IMG/VR virus record: IMGVR_UViG_3300030099_007414
Span: 42,532 to 106,531 of that record
From: a virus
DNA: 64,000 nucleotides
Strand: one strand, 5' to 3'
Part shown: positions 8,911-17,233 of the stretch, piece after piece
Layout: every line of letters starts with the position of its first letter
Numbering within the stretch: the first letter of the stretch is position 1
Translations under genes and position numbers: made by a program
The notes under the pieces: model-generated
The model's database searches: none
The model's input: the letters and a program-made list of their open reading frames with translations, nothing else
Told to the model about the DNA's origin: nothing

Positions 8911-9528
8911 TTATTTTCTCCTTAAAATATCATTTAAAGCTCGATTAATTCTATCGGCTTTAGTAAAAATGTTTGGCTCTCTATAAGATTTACCTTCTTG
9001 TAAATTCATAAAGGCATTGGGGGTTGATGGGTCGGATACGAAATCGAAACAAATTAATTGAAAATCGTCTTCAACGATTACATTTCCGCTCATATTTTCT
9101 CTGACTGACCCAAGACCGCGAGAAGAGATGCCTAATTGACAGCCGCTCTCGACTAAAGATCTCAAAATCTGACCAGAAGGAGTACCAAGAACCTTTACAG
9201 TTCCCATTACTTTGGGGCCGTCTGACCAAATATTAGTAACCATGTGAGAGGCATTTTTCAAGTTGATGACAGAATCGTCTGGATGATCTAGTTCTCCCAG
9301 GGCGCGGTTTTCTTTAACCAACTTTTTGTATGTCTCGACCTCTCTCATCAATACCTTTTCTGGATATACGCGGCCATTACCGTTTTGAGTATCTGCTTGT
9401 TGCATCAATCCCGTGAGGTACATGGCTCCATTATCTTTTATATCTTTCTTTTCTGCTTCTGTAAGCAAGTCTTGGCAGACCCCGCCCTCGCACAGAGCAT
9501 AATATTCTCTTAATAAAACTTTTGACAT
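8911..9528 (-). CDS. Prohead core protease (T4 gp21-like)
   Basis: NGNGRVYP, ALGELDHP, NASH, TPSGQIL..L...G..LGISSRGLGS, FDFVSDPS. Confidence 0.95.
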   Translation of the reverse strand: MSKVLLREYYALCEGGVCQDLLTEAEKKDIKDNGAMYLTGLMQQADTQNGNGRVYPEKVLMREVETYKKLVKENRALGELDHPDDSVINLKNASHMVTNIWSDGPKVMGTVKVLGTPSGQILRSLVESGCQLGISSRGLGSVRENMSGNVIVEDDFQLICFDFVSDPSTPNAFMNLQEGKSYREPNIFTKADRINRALNDILRRK

Positions 9529-9549
9529 TTCTTAACCCTCTTAAAGTAG

Positions 9550-9603
9550 TCAACAACCATTTTTGCAGCGTCTTACGCCGCGCAGCATCCATCTTCTAAA
9601 CAT
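9550..9603 (-). CDS. Putative 17-aa basic Cys-containing microprotein (MFRRWMLRGVRRCKNGC)
   Basis: ATG 9603-9601 preceded by AAGGAAGG; fills the otherwise unexplained gap between two genes; TGA at 9552-9550. Confidence 0.35.
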   Translation of the reverse strand: MFRRWMLRGVRRCKNGC

Positions 9604-9895
9604 GTCTACCTTCCTTTATATCGAGTTTTATACCCGAATCAGCGAAAATCATATTTAATATATATGATGTTCCCGAACTCACACAGCCGCAAATCAAAAA
9701 GTTCACAATTGTAAGCTCAAATATAAATAGTTCTGTCCAAGGATTAACGCCACATAAAAAAACACCTACCCAGAAGCCCATGCACATAGGGCACGACCAA
9801 AAGTATCCTCGTGGCCTTATTCTGTTAAATATTCTTCCGTAACAAAGCAATTGTGTCATTCCGTATGACGCTAAGATAAAGTACAGTAGAGACAC
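9596..9895 (-). CDS. Small membrane protein with CPMC motif (DUF1360-like)
   Basis: Three hydrophobic segments and CPMCMGFWVG. Confidence 0.55.
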   Translation of the reverse strand: MSLLYFILASYGMTQLLCYGRIFNRIRPRGYFWSCPMCMGFWVGVFLCGVNPWTELFIFELTIVNFLICGCVSSGTSYILNMIFADSGIKLDIKEGRHV

Positions 9896-10446
9896 TACTT
9901 GCTCTCTTTGTTTTCGAGCATATAGCTCATCCAGTAAGCGTTATAAGTATATCCGGGCTTGATTGAGCCTTTTTGCGCTGCCTGTGGAACTTCTCCAAGC
10001 TCTGTAGAATCTTCTTGTGTCGGATCTGTGAAGTAATTATCGAGCATTTCTTCATAGTCATCGATGTAATCGTAATATGGACGTTCTTCTTTCAAAAATT
10101 TATAAATTCCGTAAATGGCGTAGTCTACCGAGTTAACGTTTTCGTCCAAAGGCTTTGGTATAATACCTTCGATTGATCCGTAGACACTGCCACCTCTAAT
10201 AGACTCATAATCCACGACGCCTTTTCTCTTCAGAAATTCAAAAAGCCTATTCTGGGCATTGTAAACCATTTCGGAAAAATCATTTTTTGCGAAAGTGACG
10301 ATCTTGCTGGTTTTGGGGAAGACAACAATATCCATCTCTTCATGATCAAAGATCATAATGTTTCCATCAAGGGTTTTTCTTGCCTTCAGCTCAAGGGTTA
10401 CTGTCTTTTCTACATCGCCCTCGACAATTTTAAGTGCGATGGCCAT
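9895..10446 (-). CDS. Hypothetical protein
   Basis: 183-aa ORF translationally coupled on both sides within the head cluster. Confidence 0.65.
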   Translation of the reverse strand: MAIALKIVEGDVEKTVTLELKARKTLDGNIMIFDHEEMDIVVFPKTSKIVTFAKNDFSEMVYNAQNRLFEFLKRKGVVDYESIRGGSVYGSIEGIIPKPLDENVNSVDYAIYGIYKFLKEERPYYDYIDDYEEMLDNYFTDPTQEDSTELGEVPQAAQKGSIKPGYTYNAYWMSYMLENKESK

Positions 10447-11264
10447 TATTGAATCTCCTTAACCAGATTTTGAATGCGAAGGATATCGTGAACCAAGTCA
10501 TTATCCACTTTTCTTTCGCCAGTGGTCTTTAAAATTTCTAAGACCTGCTCTGTTTTGGATGTCATCTCCCTATCTGACTTTATTTCATCTAGATCGAGAG
10601 ATTCGTTAACTCTCTGGAACAAGCGAGGTATTTCTTCACTCAAGAATGCCTTTAATTCAAGGCCATTGTCCGAAAAAGAAGTGACATATCTGTTTAAAAG
10701 ATTTTTTTGTTCTTCCAAGAGGGAGTCTGCATACTTTTCATTGAACTTTTTAACAAAAGTCTTATAAGTTAAATTATCGATTGGCTTCATAAGATCTTTA
10801 TCGCCACTATTCTCAGAAGTCATGCTCTCAATCATCTGCTTTTCAAGCAAAACTCTGTTTTTAGTCTTAGTTTTAGGATGAAAAATCTGAAAAACGGTAG
10901 CTAAAGACTTATAGTTGGGCACAAAAGTGTTAAAAGCTTTGGGATTGATGTGCTTATTGATAGTGTCTACGAGTTCTGTTTGTTCTGCAAATAATTCTCG
11001 GTGGTTAATCGTCATCTTTTGAGTTCGGGCTTGGAAAATAATCTTTTCTGCCGTGTAGTTGTCCACTTCTCGCGTTTCCAAAACAGCCTTGTACAAGTCA
11101 AGATCTTTAGCTAAGAGGGTGTTGCCTTTGAAATTTTCTCTAACAATCTTAATGATTGAAGATTTTTTATTTTTATCACCTTCTACAATTGCTTTCGTAA
11201 GTTCTCTAATGATTACTTCATATAGAAAAGCCGTATTACGCTTTTTGTTGTGTTTCATTTTCAT
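10446..11264 (-). CDS. Hypothetical protein downstream of portal (possible prohead core component)
   Basis: 272-aa helical ORF, MKMKHNKKRNTAFLYE; overlaps the portal 3' end. Confidence 0.65.
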   Translation of the reverse strand: MKMKHNKKRNTAFLYEVIIRELTKAIVEGDKNKKSSIIKIVRENFKGNTLLAKDLDLYKAVLETREVDNYTAEKIIFQARTQKMTINHRELFAEQTELVDTINKHINPKAFNTFVPNYKSLATVFQIFHPKTKTKNRVLLEKQMIESMTSENSGDKDLMKPIDNLTYKTFVKKFNEKYADSLLEEQKNLLNRYVTSFSDNGLELKAFLSEEIPRLFQRVNESLDLDEIKSDREMTSKTEQVLEILKTTGERKVDNDLVHDILRIQNLVKEIQ

Positions 11265-13215
11265 TTGTATGAATCTCCGCTTTTTCTAAGTCTGTGATTA
11301 ATTTCTTAACTTTCGCATTTGCTTCGAACAAAATTTGTTCTTCTTTATTATAAGTAGTATGCTTTAGTTCATAAATACTTCCTCTAGAAAATGTCTTTAA
11401 AGTGTCCATCCCTGTCGGGATGCCAGTCTGAGTAGATGGGGGAACTACAGCGGCTAGTGCATTCTTTTTTGACCCTGCTGATTCGCGCCCATCTCCGCCT
11501 CGTAACTTTTTAGATACGTACTTTTTCCCTTTCGCTTTTTGAGATTGGGAATTTGTAGTCGTTCTTCTATTTCTATCATCTCTTTTTGCTGGTGCGGCCA
11601 ACAGAGGCTCATCATCGGCGGGTGCGTCGTCTTCGAGATCTATGTCTACATCAACATCATCATCTCCGCCGATATCGAGATCAGTATCCAGATCTTCATC
11701 CGGTGCATCAATATCTAGGCCGCTGTCAGCTTCTCCGCCGAAATCTCCTGCGGCTGCTTCTCCTGCGGCTTCCGCAGCTGCGTTAAGTTCTGCCTCATAC
11801 TTCCTATCCGAATACATTTCTCTTTGATTTCGGACAAATTCTTCTTCGGAAAGGTTGAAGATGTTCTGAGCAATCCATCGCCGGGAAAAGAAGTTTTCAG
11901 TTGCTCCACCAGCGATGTCAAATTTGGTTTTCCAGTGCTCCAGCTCTTGTAGCTCGGCGATTTTAGATGGATTATTTAATCTTAATCTGAAACTAACAAG
12001 GTCATCTCCCTTGAACCCAAGGGTATAGAGGTGGACAATACCAATTTTTTCCAACTCTGAAATAACTGCTCTTTGCAATCTTTGAATTGTTCTTGCAAAT
12101 CTTACATCTTTTTGAGCCAAAGAAGTTTTATCTTCGGTTGCCTCATCGCCGCTAGATAAATAAGGGGCGGGAATTTTTAAGGCCGAGAACATCTTATCTC
12201 GCAAATATTTGACATCATCGATATCACCGGTGAACTGGCCACCCGGTAAAGTCTCAATTTTTGATGATTCACCACCGCGAATGGGAATAAAGTAATCTTC
12301 CTCCACAGACAATGGGTTATATCTCAAATCTACACGACCAGTGTTTGCGTCAACCACTTGGTTTCTTTTCATCGATGTGATAGTTTTTTGAACAAACTGT
12401 TCTACATCATTAGGGGCAATGTTACCCACGTCAATATAAAACACTCTTCTTTCGGCGGAACGAACAATTCTATAGGCCATCATTGCGTCTTCCATTAAGA
12501 CGAGTTGTCGCCAGATTCGACGGCCCGGATCTAATACTGACGTTCCATATGGAGTGTACTTGTCATTACCCAAAATTCTGAAGTGTGCTACTTGCCAGTT
12601 TTCGAACGTCATCCCAGCGGAGTTCCACTGATATTGGACGTAGTTGGGGTTCGTAGGATCTTCACCTTCCATTCTTTCAACTTCACGCAGCGGAATAGGA
12701 ATAACTGATTTAACGCCGAATCGGTCGTCGATGTCCATATAAAGAATAAAATCTCCAAACTTGCACATAGAGCGACACCAACCAAATAAGTTGTGGTCGA
12801 TATTCAAAACGTTTTCATATAAAGACTGAAGAACTGATTTAATCTCTTCATTCGGACAATCTATGTGCATCATCGGAGACAAAGCAGAGTGAGTAGTCAT
12901 CTCATCGGCATAAATATCTAATGCGGAAGCAATTTCCGGCATATATTCCATTTGTTCATAGTCAATGTATCTTTCAGCTCGGTTTTGTTGAGCCATAATT
13001 TTTGAATTCATAACATCAAAAGGAGAATATTCGTTTTTCTTGAACTGTTGCCCGCTTGCCGATTTAAAATCTGTAGCATATTTATCCAGAGCTGTTCGAC
13101 GAATCTTGCGATTCATCTGTGTTCTCCAGTTTACAATGGGGCCAGAGAACAGTCTGGTTAATCTTCTATATAATTCAGATTGGGGGTTATTGGGGTTCTT
13201 TTTCTTATCAGCCAT
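11236..13215 (-). CDS. Portal protein (T4 gp20-like)
   Basis: YEQME..PEIASALDIYADE, QL.LMEDAMM.YRIVRSAERRVFYIDVGN, EDYFIP.RGG, IETLPGG, IDDVKYL..K.F.ALKIP. Confidence 0.96.
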   Translation of the reverse strand: MADKKKNPNNPQSELYRRLTRLFSGPIVNWRTQMNRKIRRTALDKYATDFKSASGQQFKKNEYSPFDVMNSKIMAQQNRAERYIDYEQMEYMPEIASALDIYADEMTTHSALSPMMHIDCPNEEIKSVLQSLYENVLNIDHNLFGWCRSMCKFGDFILYMDIDDRFGVKSVIPIPLREVERMEGEDPTNPNYVQYQWNSAGMTFENWQVAHFRILGNDKYTPYGTSVLDPGRRIWRQLVLMEDAMMAYRIVRSAERRVFYIDVGNIAPNDVEQFVQKTITSMKRNQVVDANTGRVDLRYNPLSVEEDYFIPIRGGESSKIETLPGGQFTGDIDDVKYLRDKMFSALKIPAPYLSSGDEATEDKTSLAQKDVRFARTIQRLQRAVISELEKIGIVHLYTLGFKGDDLVSFRLRLNNPSKIAELQELEHWKTKFDIAGGATENFFSRRWIAQNIFNLSEEEFVRNQREMYSDRKYEAELNAAAEAAGEAAAGDFGGEADSGLDIDAPDEDLDTDLDIGGDDDVDVDIDLEDDAPADDEPLLAAPAKRDDRNRRTTTNSQSQKAKGKKYVSKKLRGGDGRESAGSKKNALAAVVPPSTQTGIPTGMDTLKTFSRGSIYELKHTTYNKEEQILFEANAKVKKLITDLEKAEIHTNENETQQKA

Positions 13216-13218
13216 TTT

Positions 13219-14808
13219 CTATCCTTTAATGAGCCATGAATATTTTTCATAATCTTGCTTTGCTTTAAACATTTTATCGTCTAGGGCTTCTTTCCTATTA
13301 TATCCCTGCATTCCGGGGATGGTTGTATTAACTTTTGTATCAACTTTTATGATTGAATTTAAACATGCTTTTTTGTAGTCTGTCTCTCTCTGGTTTACGG
13401 TGAGTGCTGTATCCCTTACCCAACATGCGATTGCTAACGCCATTGTTAGGTCATCATTGTATCCTCTCATCGCTTGAGGTTTGCCATTATGCCAAATAAA
13501 AGTTCGCAATTCATTCGAAAAACGAACTGATTGTACCTTAATTAGTTTGTTTCTGACGAATTCTTCTAATTTTGCAACGATTAGTGGGCGAGTTTTTGAA
13601 GAAGTGGTAAATCCGGGAACTGCTGAATTGTTATTTTCGGCCTGATAACCGTCTATGTACTCGTGTGACCCCTTGACGGAATAATATAAGTTGGGATATT
13701 GAAGATCAATGAGTTTTTCCAATACAGAGATACCAATTCCCACGTTTTCTACGACCAAAAGACAATTTCCAAACTCTTTTCCTGTCTGCAATAAAACACT
13801 AGCATACATATCTAGATTTGGCTTGCCTTGATATTCGGCAACGACTTCCATAGTTTCCAGCTTGATCACATGAAAGACTGAATAATCGGCACCGTCACCT
13901 CGTGCTACGTCAGCGACCAATAAATAAGAGCAATCTGCCTGATATTGCTCCCAAATCCATAAATTTCTATCAAAGCCGGTGCGATATTTTGGCTCACAAA
14001 CTGTACTCTCGATCCAGGCGATATCATCTGGGTGGATTACGGATTCTCCGGATGTATTGAAGTTACATTCGAGTTCTTGGGCTATTTCGCGTCGGGACAT
14101 GTTTCGAGTCTCTTTGTCGAACCACTCCTGATCTCTATCTGGGTGGACATCCCAAGGCAAGATTATGGGATGAAAATCATTGGTGCCTTCGGCGGCTTCG
14201 GAATATGTTTTGTGAAACCAGTTACCCACACCGTTTGGCGTACTTAGCGCGATGACTCGACCACCTGTAGAAATTGTGGGATATAGACCAGCCCACAGCT
14301 CATCTAGGTTTTCAACGTGAGCCGCTTCGTCGATAACCAAAAGCGAAAGAGCCTCTGAACGACCGGCATCGCCGGAGGTTGAGGCTGCTTGAATTTGAGA
14401 TCCATTAGAAAGCTCGAAAGAGGATCGGTTGTCGATAGATATTTCAGAAATTACTATCCACTCTGGCAAATTCTTCATGATTGCCTTAACTTTCTTTACC
14501 AAGTTGGAGGCAGTTTTAAACTTTGTTGCCATTACCAGAATATTCTTATCTCGGTGGAAAAGCATTAACCAGACAACATAAGCTGCTGCTATGGTCGAAA
14601 TGCCTAACTGTCGAGCCTTAAGAATGACGTTAAAGCGATAATCGTTAAAATCCTGCACTAAATCCGCCTGATACGGATATGTTTTGAAAGGAATTAAACC
14701 ATCAATCGGGTGAGATATTCTTGCGTAGTTGTCAATGAAATAGACCGGGTTTTTTCCGCATTTCAAAATTTCAGCTACTATCTCTTTTTTAGATAGTGTA
14801 TAAGACAT
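13219..14808 (-). CDS. Terminase large subunit (T4 gp17-like)
   Basis: Walker A KARQLGIST, Walker B LLVIDEAAH, STPNG..NWF, AQELEC.F, nuclease DVARGDGADYS and YNDDL. Confidence 0.96.
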   Translation of the reverse strand: MSYTLSKKEIVAEILKCGKNPVYFIDNYARISHPIDGLIPFKTYPYQADLVQDFNDYRFNVILKARQLGISTIAAAYVVWLMLFHRDKNILVMATKFKTASNLVKKVKAIMKNLPEWIVISEISIDNRSSFELSNGSQIQAASTSGDAGRSEALSLLVIDEAAHVENLDELWAGLYPTISTGGRVIALSTPNGVGNWFHKTYSEAAEGTNDFHPIILPWDVHPDRDQEWFDKETRNMSRREIAQELECNFNTSGESVIHPDDIAWIESTVCEPKYRTGFDRNLWIWEQYQADCSYLLVADVARGDGADYSVFHVIKLETMEVVAEYQGKPNLDMYASVLLQTGKEFGNCLLVVENVGIGISVLEKLIDLQYPNLYYSVKGSHEYIDGYQAENNNSAVPGFTTSSKTRPLIVAKLEEFVRNKLIKVQSVRFSNELRTFIWHNGKPQAMRGYNDDLTMALAIACWVRDTALTVNQRETDYKKACLNSIIKVDTKVNTTIPGMQGYNRKEALDDKMFKAKQDYEKYSWLIKG

Positions 14809-14816
14809 TCTACCCT

Positions 14817-15326
14817 CTATTCGAAGGAGCCTTCTTTGAGAAACTTTTGGTACTTAACATCTATTGGGTTGGTAATTCCTTCGCCCAGTGTTTCCACACC
14901 TTGCATCCCATTAATCTTAAAAAGCCTATGGGCCATTACGAAAGTTCTTACTCTAGAAGTGTTCTGCACAAAACAATGGCACTCACCTTGAGGAGTAAGG
15001 GACAAAGCACTTCCTGTGATGAGTTTGAATTCTTTTTTCAAGAAGTCTGCAATTGCATGTAATTTTCTATCGCACTCTTCTTCAAATCCGTTTGCGTAAA
15101 CGTCTTTGAGACGGATGTTGGCTTCATAATTGATTTGAAGCATGTCGCCAATAATCTTTACGCCGAAACCATCGGATACCCGACTGTCCGTAATTGAACA
15201 CCCTTCTTCTCGATTCAAGCCGATTTCCTTGGCATCGCCCGTGACAAATCTTTTATCATGTGAGCCATCATAAGCATTTGCCGCAGCTTGGTTGATTCCT
15301 TGAATTATTTCTAGTGTTGTAGCCAT
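14817..15326 (-). CDS. Hypothetical protein
   Basis: 169-aa ORF with AAGGA SD, immediately upstream of terminase. Confidence 0.6.
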   Translation of the reverse strand: MATTLEIIQGINQAAANAYDGSHDKRFVTGDAKEIGLNREEGCSITDSRVSDGFGVKIIGDMLQINYEANIRLKDVYANGFEEECDRKLHAIADFLKKEFKLITGSALSLTPQGECHCFVQNTSRVRTFVMAHRLFKINGMQGVETLGEGITNPIDVKYQKFLKEGSFE

Positions 15327-15344
15327 GTTTTTTATTTCCTTTAG

Positions 15345-15824
15345 TTATTCACCGTATGCCATATCATCTCTTTTCTTTCGAGACCAAAATTTGTATCCAC
15401 TTGGTGTGCCTTCTTGATTTGGGCCTGCCCAGTATACTTCTCTATCGCCGATCAAACCAATAAACGTATTTGGTGGCAACAAATTGAAGAGATCCATGGC
15501 ATCTTCCACTCCCATCACATCAAAAAGATCTTCTAGCGTCATATTCATATCTTTTGCCATTTCGACTGCATTGAATTCTCTATAGGGATTACCTTTTACT
15601 TGCCTTTTTCTACCATAGATGCCAAAGTCACCGCCCATATCAGAGCCGGTACCTGCTTTATCGGGAACACCACCGATACCGGGCTTTGTGGTTGCGACAC
15701 CATCAACATAAGTAACGTCGTCGTCTTCTTCTCTATCTGGCCTATCATCCGTTTTGGCTTCTGTGGTTATTTTAGAGATCTCCTCTTTAATAATTTTTAC
15801 TAATTGTGATTTAGTGATTTTCAT
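15345..15824 (-). CDS. Hypothetical protein with MKITKSQLVKIIKEE N-terminus
   Basis: 159-aa ORF, ATGA overlap with the upstream gene. Confidence 0.6.
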   Translation of the reverse strand: MKITKSQLVKIIKEEISKITTEAKTDDRPDREEDDDVTYVDGVATTKPGIGGVPDKAGTGSDMGGDFGIYGRKRQVKGNPYREFNAVEMAKDMNMTLEDLFDVMGVEDAMDLFNLLPPNTFIGLIGDREVYWAGPNQEGTPSGYKFWSRKKRDDMAYGE

Positions 15825-16204
15825 TCTTTATCTCCCGGTCGCCATCCCGTAGACCATCTGTTCTCGCGGCCTTCGACCCATTGTATGTAGCATTTAAAGC
15901 AACAATCAAATTTTGCCATGTATACATCGTCTTTCAAATCAAAAGAATAAGATTGACAAACAGGGCAATTTCTATTGTTATCTTTATTAAATAGTTTTTT
16001 AGAAATTAAAAAACCATCCATTTCGATTTTTTCGTTTTTTTCTTCTTGCTTTTTTTCTTTTTCATACAAATCTTTGATCTGTTGCTGATAATCTTTTTCT
16101 TTTTCGTCGTCCCAGTCAGCTTTCGGATGTTGAATAGCTTCTTTGCCATATTTCTTGGAAATGGCCACCTCATATCGAGCAATGTTATTTAAATCTGTCT
16201 TCAT
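15821..16204 (-). CDS. Hypothetical protein with C-terminal Cys cluster (putative Zn-binding)
   Basis: CPVC...CCFKC. Confidence 0.6.
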   Translation of the reverse strand: MKTDLNNIARYEVAISKKYGKEAIQHPKADWDDEKEKDYQQQIKDLYEKEKKQEEKNEKIEMDGFLISKKLFNKDNNRNCPVCQSYSFDLKDDVYMAKFDCCFKCYIQWVEGRENRWSTGWRPGDKE

Positions 16205-16635
16205 TTATTCACCGCATAAGTTATGCCGACAGTTGTCCCAACGCCGACGACAAAGCCGCCGATGATGCCCCACAACAAAGCATTGGTACCCGGCTTCTTT
16301 GCTATAATTCTATTTAGTTGCTCAATCTCTTTATTTTTAATTTCAAGAGTTTTTTGAAAACTCTCTCGTTCCGTATCTAAAGTAATATTAAGTTGCGACA
16401 AATCTAAATCAAATTGTTTTTGTTGTTTTTGCAGCTCAAAGCCTAGCTTAAGCTCGTATTCTTCTTTGAGGAACTTCCCATTAGCCATGATTTTTGCAGT
16501 TGCTGTCGGGTCAAATAAAGTTCCTGTGAAGGGTGCTTGACTATTCTTCTGGATGAAAGTAAACTTTCCGTCTGAAGCTTTGGCATTTCCGCAGAAAAAT
16601 ACCAAAAAGAGTAATAAAAGTATTCTATTCAACAT
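16201..16635 (-). CDS. Secreted/membrane coiled-coil protein (putative spanin partner)
   Basis: Signal peptide MLNRILLLLFLVFFCGNAKA, central coiled coil, C-terminal Gly-rich hydrophobic segment; overlaps the upstream gene. Confidence 0.5.
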   Translation of the reverse strand: MLNRILLLLFLVFFCGNAKASDGKFTFIQKNSQAPFTGTLFDPTATAKIMANGKFLKEEYELKLGFELQKQQKQFDLDLSQLNITLDTERESFQKTLEIKNKEIEQLNRIIAKKPGTNALLWGIIGGFVVGVGTTVGITYAVNK

Positions 16636-17026
16636 AACTAAATCCAAATTGATTTTCTATTTCTTGAGCCAGCTGTTCGGGCTGCTCCTCAAAGTCTCTT
16701 TCTATTCTTTCAATGTCTTCTTCTTTTGCTTGCTGAAGTTCTTCCAGAGTTTCATCATATTTCTTTGTCAGATCTGCAATTTCTTTTTCGTACTTTGCGA
16801 TGGACTCCTCTCGAAGCTTTAACTCTTTTTGATGTAATCTTTCCATTGTTGCCAGTTGCTCTTGATAACTAACAGTCATAACTTCCATTGATTTTTTAAG
16901 TGCGCCATAATCATTCTTGGAAAGAAAAAAGAAAACAATGAAGGCTATCAGAGCTAATGTTTGCCAGTTTTTGGCTACAAAAGCTCCGATGGCCTTAAAT
17001 GCTTCACCCAAATCGACGTTAATCAA
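16625..17026 (-). CDS. Membrane-anchored coiled-coil protein (i-spanin-like)
   Basis: Single N-terminal TM (LALIAFIVFFFL) followed by a long charged coiled coil. Confidence 0.5.
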   Translation of the reverse strand: MINVDLGEAFKAIGAFVAKNWQTLALIAFIVFFFLSKNDYGALKKSMEVMTVSYQEQLATMERLHQKELKLREESIAKYEKEIADLTKKYDETLEELQQAKEEDIERIERDFEEQPEQLAQEIENQFGFSYVE

Positions 17027-17027
17027 C

Positions 17028-17222
17028 TTAGAGACCCTTCAATTTTACGATGGCATCAATAACAGACTGACCGCCAATATAAAGCGCACTTAAAATAAGC
17101 CAGTCTCCACTGTCTATTGTCGCATTAAACATTAGGGCGGTAGCTGTGGCCCAAACAAGTAGCTTGCGAGAAACTACTTTTTCCAGAACCTTATCGATTG
17201 CACCTCTTGCTGCTTCTGTCAT
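17028..17222 (-). CDS. Putative holin (2 TM)
   Basis: 64 aa, SRKLLVWATAT plus a second TM WLILSALYIGGQ; AAGGAG SD. Confidence 0.55.
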   Translation of the reverse strand: MTEAARGAIDKVLEKVVSRKLLVWATATALMFNATIDSGDWLILSALYIGGQSVIDAIVKLKGL

Positions 17223-17233
17223 CTTATTCTCCT

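Noticed and set aside
9541-9552. Possible selenocysteine readthrough of the microprotein TGA (C-U-L-L)
   Set aside because: No SECIS-like hairpin evident downstream and no other support.
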